From Clostridia bacterium (GTDB lineage: Bacteria > Bacillota > Clostridia > Christensenellales > UBA1242), in assembly GCA_016297915.1 (NCBI GenBank), contig JAEDFU010000002.1:31798-95797 (forward strand): 64,000 nt of DNA, in the 5' to 3' direction. Shown here in pieces: positions 53,721 through 61,871 of the stretch (position 1 is the stretch's first letter; each line of letters starts with the position of its first letter). The position numbers and the translations under genes were made by a program. The notes under the pieces were generated by a model. It was not told the origin of the DNA. It saw only the letters and a program-made list of their open reading frames with translations, and ran no database searches.

Positions 53721-56405
53721 ATGAGATTTATTCCAAGAAAGACCAAGGTTAAAACCACGGTATTTAGAAATTTTACAATAATGGATGTACTACTTATGTT
53801 GGTGGGTGTGGCAATCGCAGTTGTGCTTGCCACCACCAATATCTTTGACAAACTCATGTACAACATTTATTTGGGAATTTTCTTTGCTGCTTTGTGGGCA
53901 CTTATGTTCTTTGAAATGGGTGACGGAATTAGGTTGTATTTTGCACTAGTTCTAAGTTTTAAGTACTTGGCCTATCACAAAAAATATAGCAAAAAAGACA
54001 AAGGCAATACTAATATCAAAAACATCATGCCTTTTGATGACCTAAATACGGATAAATTCCTTAAGTTTGGTGATTATTACGGCATGGTTGTTGAGATATT
54101 CCCAATGTCATTTGGGTTGCTTGCTGAGGATAGGCAAAATATGGTTATTAATTGCTTTTCGCAAGCAATTCAGCGTCTAAACTTGACACAACAAATGTCA
54201 ATTGTTAAGACCAAAAAACCTATGCTACTCGATGCTATGGCAAACTACGAAGATTATAGATATAACACACTTCAGGACATGGCAGATAGAGGACTATATT
54301 CCAAGGAAGAGTTGGATAGCCGAAGCCCAGTTTTTGAGGAAAGATTGCAAGCAATCAATTTTATGAACCATACCGAAAAGATCATTAAGGATCACTACTA
54401 CATCGTTGTATACGATACAGATAGAGATGCACTTAATAATACAATCAACGGTATTGTTGCAACACTTGAGAGTTCAATTACACCAATTTATACAAATATA
54501 ATAACTGGTGACCAATTGTATGTATTTATGAAGTCGACATTCTGTACTGACTTTGACGAAAGAGAAATTGATTTGATACCTATCAAGGAAAAACCAGATT
54601 GGGTTTATCCTGACGAGATTAGTTTTGGACTAAAGACCACCAAGATTGACGGTGAGACCTTTAGAATATTTAGTGTAACAGATTATCCAATTGAAGTGCC
54701 TAATGCATGGGCGTATCCGATATTTGCTCTTGATGAGTCAAGAGTAGTGGTTAATATAACCCCAGTAGATAGATACAAAGCCGAAAAAGATTTGGACAAA
54801 TCTCTTATGGAAATGGAAAACAAACTTTCCAAAGACCTAAGAGCATCCCAAAAGATTGAGGCACAAAACCATGTCGAGACCTTGAAAGAGCTTTTGAAAG
54901 GCATCAAGGGTGCTAACGAACAGCTATTTAACACAACAATTCATATTGTTGCCAAGGACGCTGTCAAAAAGGAAGTTAGAGCAATCCTTAGACAAAATGG
55001 CTTTAAGTTTGCTGAGAACTTTGCAAGACAGGTTGACGGATTTATATCTAGCAACATATCTAGACTTGACAAACTAGCCAAGCAATACGGTCGTGGAATT
55101 CAGACAAGTTCGCTTGCTGCATGTTTCCCATTTATATCTACAACATTACACGACGAAAGAGGCATTTATATTGGCTACAACCAATATCCAGTGTTTGCAA
55201 ATTTCTTTGCTCGTAACAACGAGAGAGTTAATTCTAACATGATGATAATAGGAAAATCCGGATCAGGAAAATCCTATTGTACCAAGACACTGCTTACTAA
55301 CTTTGCGGCAGATAATACTCGTATATTTATCCTCGACCCAGAGAATGAGTATGAGATACTTTGCCACAACTTAGGCGGAAAGATTATCGATGTAGGTAAC
55401 TCTACAAATGGTATATTCAATCCTTTTCACATCTATGCAACATTAGAGTCCGAAGAGGGTCAAGAGTCCGACGACTTTGCCGAACACTTGCAGTTTATGG
55501 AGCAGTTTTATAGACTGATTTTGCCGGGAATTAATACCGATGCGTTTGAGATGCTTAACTCTCTTACGGCGGAACTTTATAGATCCAAGGGTATTGACTC
55601 AGGTGTAAACATTGCCGACCTTAAGGCGTCAGACTTCCCAATTTTTGACGATTTGTTGGCACTTGTTGACAGTAAACTTGAGACTGAGACCAATGAGTAC
55701 CACCTCAAGAACTTGCAAACAGTTAGAATGTTTATAGAAAAATTCGGCTCAGGTGGCCGAAACTCCAACCTTTGGAATGGTTATACATCTATCAAGACAA
55801 ACGAAAATTTCTGTTGTTTCTCGTTTAGATCACTTATCTCCAACCGTAACGATATTATTGCCAACGCACAGATGCTTTTGGTATTTAAGTACTTGGATAG
55901 TGAGATTATCAAAAACCGTGACTTCAACTTGAAATACTTTGCCGATCAAGAGCTTGAGGAAGACCACCGAAGAATTATCGTTGCAGTTGATGAGGCGCAT
56001 GTATTCATTAACAAAAAATTCCCTATAGCGCTAGACTTTATGGCACAGATGGCTAAGCGTATTCGTAAGTACAATGGTATGCAGATAATCATTACACAAA
56101 ATATCAAAGACTTTGTAGGCTCGGAAGAAATCGCTCAACAAAGTACAGCGGTTATCAACGCCTGTCAATATTCTATTATCATGTCACTTGCCCCAGCGGA
56201 CATCAACGACTTGATTACACTTTATCGTAACGCCGGTGGTATCAATACTGAGGAGCAAAACTCCATAGTAACCGCTCGTCGTGGTCAGTGTTTCTTGATA
56301 ACAGGACCTATGAACAGAACAACCGTTCAGATTGAGGCTTTGAATGTAACCAAGGATCTATTTAATAATCCTAATTACCTAACAGCACTTCATTCTAATA
56401 TCTAA
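53721..56405 (+). CDS. virB4: VirB4/TraE-family T4SS ATPase with an N-terminal VirB3-like two-TM module
   Basis: 894 aa with Walker A IIGKSGSGKSY and Walker B IIVAVDEAH. The N-terminal 95 aa or so carry two TM helices (VLLMLVGVAIAVVLA, IYLGIFFAALWALMFF). Confidence 0.88.
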   Translation: MRFIPRKTKVKTTVFRNFTIMDVLLMLVGVAIAVVLATTNIFDKLMYNIYLGIFFAALWALMFFEMGDGIRLYFALVLSFKYLAYHKKYSKKDKGNTNIKNIMPFDDLNTDKFLKFGDYYGMVVEIFPMSFGLLAEDRQNMVINCFSQAIQRLNLTQQMSIVKTKKPMLLDAMANYEDYRYNTLQDMADRGLYSKEELDSRSPVFEERLQAINFMNHTEKIIKDHYYIVVYDTDRDALNNTINGIVATLESSITPIYTNIITGDQLYVFMKSTFCTDFDEREIDLIPIKEKPDWVYPDEISFGLKTTKIDGETFRIFSVTDYPIEVPNAWAYPIFALDESRVVVNITPVDRYKAEKDLDKSLMEMENKLSKDLRASQKIEAQNHVETLKELLKGIKGANEQLFNTTIHIVAKDAVKKEVRAILRQNGFKFAENFARQVDGFISSNISRLDKLAKQYGRGIQTSSLAACFPFISTTLHDERGIYIGYNQYPVFANFFARNNERVNSNMMIIGKSGSGKSYCTKTLLTNFAADNTRIFILDPENEYEILCHNLGGKIIDVGNSTNGIFNPFHIYATLESEEGQESDDFAEHLQFMEQFYRLILPGINTDAFEMLNSLTAELYRSKGIDSGVNIADLKASDFPIFDDLLALVDSKLETETNEYHLKNLQTVRMFIEKFGSGGRNSNLWNGYTSIKTNENFCCFSFRSLISNRNDIIANAQMLLVFKYLDSEIIKNRDFNLKYFADQELEEDHRRIIVAVDEAHVFINKKFPIALDFMAQMAKRIRKYNGMQIIITQNIKDFVGSEEIAQQSTAVINACQYSIIMSLAPADINDLITLYRNAGGINTEEQNSIVTARRGQCFLITGPMNRTTVQIEALNVTKDLFNNPNYLTALHSNI

Positions 56406-56414
56406 AAAAATCAA

Positions 56415-56446
56415 AAACCAGTGGAATTTCCCATTGGTTTTTTTTG
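56415..56446 (+). terminator. Terminator after virB4
   Basis: Hairpin aaaccagtgg / ccattggttt (one G-U pair) followed by a T-run. Confidence 0.75.
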
Positions 56447-56582
56447 TTATTTTAATATATTTATATATTAAAAAATTTGTAAAAATATAGCAAGTGTGGT
56501 AAACTAATCATGTATAAGTATGTAAGTAGGGTAAGAAATATATCTTGACCCAACCGATTCACACACCAAGACATACGAATTT

Positions 56583-59500
56583 ATGAGGTGCATTGTGGTA
56601 ATTTTGAAGAAAAATGGAAATAAAAAAATAAAAAATTATTTTGACTATACAAATGATAGTCCAGCAACCCTTAAGTACAAGAGGGGTATTTTGGCGAGTC
56701 TAAAATTAGACACTCCTTTGTTTTCGTGGCCAAAAGACAAACTAACTCTACTATCTATTATTAATACATATCTTGCAAATATCAAGCTAGCCAAGCTTAA
56801 TCCAAAAAGTGAAAATGGCATTTTGGATAACTTGATTGAGGCTGTTGATGGGATAATTGATAATATCAAAAAGGATTCTGCAGAGGGTGATAATAAAGCG
56901 ACTGACAAAGAGTCCGAGCAAGAGCCTGCAGAGGCTGACAAAAAGTCTTATGAGGAATCTAAGATAGCCGAGAACAAACCTGACGAAAGCGAGCCTCAAG
57001 AAGAGAGCTCAGAGGATACACAAGAAAGTGAGAGCCAAACTGATACAGACCAAAATTCTGAGCAAGAGTCAAATGATACTGACGAGGATATAACTAGTTT
57101 AACCCAAGAGGATGCTCCTGAGTATGTAGATGAGAGTGAGTATATTGATTTGCCTGACCAAATCTACGACATCGAGGATATTAGTGCCAAGATGCTTGGC
57201 AATATTGTGAGAATACTTAATTATAGATACAAGGCAATTCGTAAGATTAATGCTCTCAAAGAGAATCATGCGCCTGTTGATATGGTTGAGCCTGAGATCG
57301 AAAAGGTCGCTGTTTACAACATTGTTCTTGCTAAGTATTTGCCAATCCTCAACAAACAAAAAGTTTGTGACACAGCTACACTTAAGACTGCAACAACAAT
57401 TTTTGATGATGTTTGCACTGAAGGATACGAGGATGTCCCAACCGAAAAGAACATCGAAAGCGAAATCAAAAAGAACAAAGAGCAACAAGATTTTGATATC
57501 GTTGCTGCACTTAATTATGTGGGCATTAGTGTTGACAAAGACGAACTCGGAGTTTATATTGTCAAAAACACCAATAATGGCAATGGTATCAAGTACTATA
57601 TCGGCAAGCAAGAAAAATCTTTTGCTTTGTCCAAAAAAGCTTGTAACAAATTTTTGGATACATTCCTAAATCAGCCTATTGAGGTGCGTAAGTACATAAC
57701 CCCAGGACAAGTATTTATTGCATACATTAATGAGGCAGAAAAGAGTCTTGGAATCAACTCTCGTAGTGCAACCGAACTTAGTGATTTGTTTGGCACAATG
57801 AACAACAATCGTAATGCCAAGGCGTACTTTAAGGATGCAATCCGCAAGTATAGTCGTAATGCCGAGGAGTGGAAAAATTTCCAAAAAATCTTTGAGGCAG
57901 AATACTACTCCAACAAAGACAAAAAGGACGAGGGTTCAAATAGAATTCATATCAAGCAACAAGCCAAGAGACTTGTTATTGGCGATATGATGGAAGAGTT
58001 TTTGAACGATGGCGAAATCCTTACTCCTGAGCAACTAAATATTTCTGACTACCGAATTGGAGATATTTCTAGAGACTTTGGTCTAGATATTGATTTGGAC
58101 GAAATCAAGGTCAAAAAACTCCGAATTGAGCGAATTGAGGACAATGCATTTAGAATAATCAATGTATTACATTCTTCCGTTCAGGATATGCGTGCGTTTG
58201 TTCAGGATATTATTGATAATTATACTGTTGATTATTTGCGAAAAGAAAAGATTTTCCTTCTTCAACAAGACGATCAAAACGAGTATATAACCAAAAAGAA
58301 ACAATACGAGGATTTGATTGAAAAACTATCCTATGATAAGGCAAAAGATAGCCAACAACAAATCGCTTATTATCAATCTCAGATTGATGATATTACTCAA
58401 AAGATTGGCAGTATCGAGTATAGAGATGCCAAAGAGGATTTGATTAAGTCCAAAAACAACTTTAGAATTTTGCTATTGAACGCCAAGTCTCAAAAAGAGC
58501 TAGTTAAGTCCAGACTCAATGATGCTAAGGACAAGGCTAGTGTGAGCGGAACAAAACTTGGAATTGAAGAAAAACTCGAAATACTAAAAACTGCCCTCAC
58601 CGACGCTCCTGATATGAATTTTGCTTTTGACAAAGGCAAAGTTATGTACTATAGTCAAAAACCAAACGAAAAACCAGTTAAGCGTGAGGAAAAACTCTCC
58701 GAAGTTGACAAGATTATTGAGTCGACAGCCGCAAGAATAAGCGATGAGAGTCACCAAAAGATTTTGGAAGAAAACAAAATCCGTGAGGCACTCAAAAAAT
58801 CTCAAAAAGAAGAACGCATTAAGTCTGCAAATGCTTATATCAACGCTTATGGCAGTATTGTTGGCAATGCAGGCGGTGTGGGTGTTCTTAATAACTTGGG
58901 CGATAGTGGCGAATTTGCCAAATCCCCAACTTTTGCAAGAAATGTAGGAACTGTTGGCGGAGTATCTCCAATAATCCTTGGTCAAAACGACGAACTCCCA
59001 ACAAGAGAGATGTATGCCAAGGCAAGTAGGGGAAATGCTGGAACTGGGAATGGTGGTGCTGGTGGTGCTGGCAACGGCACATCAAACTCAGGTTTAGGCG
59101 GAAACGGTGCTGGCAACGGAGCTAATAACGCTGATGGCAAAGGTAATTCAAACACCGGTGCAGGTAATGTAAGTGGTTCAAATAATGCTGGTGGGGTTGC
59201 AGTTCAACCAACTCAAGTTATTCCAAATGCTATGCCTGGTGTAGTGGGCATGGGTGCTCCAACAGGGGTTATACCAGTTGCCCCAATGACATACATGATG
59301 CCAAATATGCAAATGCCAAGTATGGCACCAAGTGCACCAATGTACAATAGAGATTATCAAGCGTACGATGTGTTTAGCGATGGCATTGAGCCTTGCGTTA
59401 TTCCGTTTGTAGTGGGTTACGAAAACAAAGGTGTAACTCAGTACGGAAATGCACTCGAAAATTATGCAACATGCGATAGATACAAGTATTTGTTGTCTAC

Positions 59501-61835
59501 AAATAATAATATTTTGTTCTCTTACTTGGAGACCAAAAAAGCACAAATCCAAAATCCAGAGCAGATAATATCTGACTTGCACATAAGATTTGTCAAAAAT
59601 GCTATGGCAAAATCGGGACTTGCTACATTGGATGGCAACTTGTCCATGTTTGATTACAAGGCAGATGTGCGAAAATTCCTATCCAAATATGTTCCACAAA
59701 ACATGTTAGATATTGTCATAAGTGACTACAATGACTTGATATCCACAGTCAATTTTGACCTTCTTAAGGACTTGATAGAGCACAAGTTCCAAGGCGACTT
59801 GGAGTCGTATGTTCCAGATACTATCAAACTTGGAGTTGTTAAGAGTTGCGAACTTATTGCAACCCTTGTCAAATCAATTTCGGCAGATTCGATGATACGA
59901 AAGACTTACGAAGAGTATTCATCCAAAATGAAACAAACTTACATAAGTTCACTTATCACCAAAATCGAAAATAACGAAATCCCTTCTGTTAGACTTGACA
60001 AAGATCAAGTTCAAAGCAGACTTCTTGATTATTTGAGTTTCTCAATTAAGGGTCAAAATGTTATTATCCAAAAAGAGGACGAAAAAGACAGTGGTCTTGC
60101 TGGATATCCTCGTAGTATTTACTTTAAGCAAAAGGAAAATGCTGATACAAATATCAAATTTAACAAAGTATTGAGTTTTGAGCAAAATGAAATCGTTACA
60201 ACTCGAAACGATGATATGGATTTGGCAAGTGATGTAACCAATCTATTTGGTGTGCTTTACAAATTCAACGGTGGTTATAACAAACTGCTCTTGAAACTTA
60301 GACCATACAATCTCACAGCTGGTGTCAAATTTATGGAAAATATGGTTGATGCTCTTAGGGAAAAGATTGATATCAAAACTACAGTTCTCTACGAAGAAAC
60401 CGAAAAACCTATTGTTCCTCTTGTTAAATTTGCAAGCAAAGAAAAAGAAAAGCGTGAGGGCAATGAGGCAATCTACGACTATGACGACGATAAGTGGTAT
60501 GTTCGAAGTGGCTTTGTTCTAGACAAAACCAAAGTTATGGACTATGCTTTGCAGTTGGCGCTTGGTCGCAAGTATGCTCTTGACAAAGACAAAACACAAC
60601 TCAAAGAAGATTTTTATAATAACGATATTTTGAGTTTGACCAAGATTAATAATGTATTTAGTGACTTTAACGAGGACGATAGACTTGAGATGACATCGGT
60701 TATCAGAAATGTCATGATGTCCAGAGTCGAAAGATACATAGATTATATAGACAGCGTCAACGATGATATATCCTTGTATGTCAATCGTATGCTATATATC
60801 AATCGTATGCTTATGGAGTCTAATAGTTTTGATCGCAAGACTAAGGACGAAAAGAAAGAAACAATTGATACTTTGGAAACAGGTTTTAACACAATGTGCG
60901 AGGACTTGGTTAATCCTCATCCAGAGATCTATAGTTCACTTGAGGATATTGAGCATTATCAGAGACTATTTATGTATTATGCTCTAACTGAACTATTTGA
61001 CAAATATAGCGAAGATAAGCGTATAATCTGTCCTGAGTTTGCAGAGTTCTTTGCCGAAAAGAAAAAAGAAATGCGTACAACTCTTTTGGCTCAGATTCGA
61101 GACAAAGAATATATCAACGGCTATGAACTTGAAATGGCTGAGTACTTTGAGTTGAATACCGAAAAGGTTGTAACTTATGAGGAAAAACTTGCCATAGAGG
61201 AAGCCAACGCTCCCGAAGAGAAAAAAGAAAGAGTGAAAATCAAAAACATTGATGTTATTTTCAAAGGCATTTATGACGGCTTTGATAAGGCATCAAAACT
61301 CGAAAAGTATCAAACACTCGAAGATACTATCTCCAAAATTCGTGGAATTCTTGAGCTTGTTGGCACTTTGCCAAGCATGGCTTCTGACGAAAAAGATTTG
61401 GAGATTGCACTTCCTAACAACCAGACAATCAGATGTAATATCAAGGGCTTTGTTGAGCAGTATCTATTTAGATACATAATCGACAAAGAACATGAACTAG
61501 GTCCATTTGCTTATGTTGTCAAAGAACTTGAGGCAACTGAGGAATATGGTGAACTTATCAAAGATTTGGAGGAAGTTGCAAATATTCTAAATTCGCAAGA
61601 ATTAGGAATTAACTTGATTGCTAAGTTCTCCTCTATTAACCTTAGCAACAATGGAAATGTGTTCAAAATAGGAGACAATATTTCAACAGTTGTTGAGACT
61701 ATCAACAGACTTAAGACTCCTACAGATATGCAAAAAGCTCTTAATAGAGATGTGTTCTACAAAGAGGGCGTAAATGCTTGTCAAAAATCGTTTGAGCAAT
61801 ACTTTAATAGATTAAAATTGGAAAACATGAATTAG
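56583..61835 (+). CDS. Giant hypothetical protein (1750 aa) with an acidic N-terminal region and a Gly/Asn-rich then Met/Pro-rich low-complexity linker
   Basis: One uninterrupted ORF. I saw no TM segment, signal peptide, Walker, HUH or methyltransferase motif. The D/E/S/Q-rich tract is at about 56875-57190, the G/N/A tract at about 59028-59200, and the M/P tract at about 59200-59345. The start codon is uncertain because the SD at 56583 is weak. Confidence 0.75.
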   Translation: MRCIVVILKKNGNKKIKNYFDYTNDSPATLKYKRGILASLKLDTPLFSWPKDKLTLLSIINTYLANIKLAKLNPKSENGILDNLIEAVDGIIDNIKKDSAEGDNKATDKESEQEPAEADKKSYEESKIAENKPDESEPQEESSEDTQESESQTDTDQNSEQESNDTDEDITSLTQEDAPEYVDESEYIDLPDQIYDIEDISAKMLGNIVRILNYRYKAIRKINALKENHAPVDMVEPEIEKVAVYNIVLAKYLPILNKQKVCDTATLKTATTIFDDVCTEGYEDVPTEKNIESEIKKNKEQQDFDIVAALNYVGISVDKDELGVYIVKNTNNGNGIKYYIGKQEKSFALSKKACNKFLDTFLNQPIEVRKYITPGQVFIAYINEAEKSLGINSRSATELSDLFGTMNNNRNAKAYFKDAIRKYSRNAEEWKNFQKIFEAEYYSNKDKKDEGSNRIHIKQQAKRLVIGDMMEEFLNDGEILTPEQLNISDYRIGDISRDFGLDIDLDEIKVKKLRIERIEDNAFRIINVLHSSVQDMRAFVQDIIDNYTVDYLRKEKIFLLQQDDQNEYITKKKQYEDLIEKLSYDKAKDSQQQIAYYQSQIDDITQKIGSIEYRDAKEDLIKSKNNFRILLLNAKSQKELVKSRLNDAKDKASVSGTKLGIEEKLEILKTALTDAPDMNFAFDKGKVMYYSQKPNEKPVKREEKLSEVDKIIESTAARISDESHQKILEENKIREALKKSQKEERIKSANAYINAYGSIVGNAGGVGVLNNLGDSGEFAKSPTFARNVGTVGGVSPIILGQNDELPTREMYAKASRGNAGTGNGGAGGAGNGTSNSGLGGNGAGNGANNADGKGNSNTGAGNVSGSNNAGGVAVQPTQVIPNAMPGVVGMGAPTGVIPVAPMTYMMPNMQMPSMAPSAPMYNRDYQAYDVFSDGIEPCVIPFVVGYENKGVTQYGNALENYATCDRYKYLLSTNNNILFSYLETKKAQIQNPEQIISDLHIRFVKNAMAKSGLATLDGNLSMFDYKADVRKFLSKYVPQNMLDIVISDYNDLISTVNFDLLKDLIEHKFQGDLESYVPDTIKLGVVKSCELIATLVKSISADSMIRKTYEEYSSKMKQTYISSLITKIENNEIPSVRLDKDQVQSRLLDYLSFSIKGQNVIIQKEDEKDSGLAGYPRSIYFKQKENADTNIKFNKVLSFEQNEIVTTRNDDMDLASDVTNLFGVLYKFNGGYNKLLLKLRPYNLTAGVKFMENMVDALREKIDIKTTVLYEETEKPIVPLVKFASKEKEKREGNEAIYDYDDDKWYVRSGFVLDKTKVMDYALQLALGRKYALDKDKTQLKEDFYNNDILSLTKINNVFSDFNEDDRLEMTSVIRNVMMSRVERYIDYIDSVNDDISLYVNRMLYINRMLMESNSFDRKTKDEKKETIDTLETGFNTMCEDLVNPHPEIYSSLEDIEHYQRLFMYYALTELFDKYSEDKRIICPEFAEFFAEKKKEMRTTLLAQIRDKEYINGYELEMAEYFELNTEKVVTYEEKLAIEEANAPEEKKERVKIKNIDVIFKGIYDGFDKASKLEKYQTLEDTISKIRGILELVGTLPSMASDEKDLEIALPNNQTIRCNIKGFVEQYLFRYIIDKEHELGPFAYVVKELEATEEYGELIKDLEEVANILNSQELGINLIAKFSSINLSNNGNVFKIGDNISTVVETINRLKTPTDMQKALNRDVFYKEGVNACQKSFEQYFNRLKLENMN

Positions 61836-61871
61836 TTTGTTTGTGCAAAAATATTTTAAGGTGGGTTTACA

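Noticed and set aside
60763-60810. A short direct duplication, GTCAATCGTATGCT / ATCAATCGTATGCT, giving LYVNRMLYINRML in the 1750-aa ORF.
   Set aside because: It is a single in-frame 18-bp-scale slippage duplication with no evident structural or regulatory meaning.
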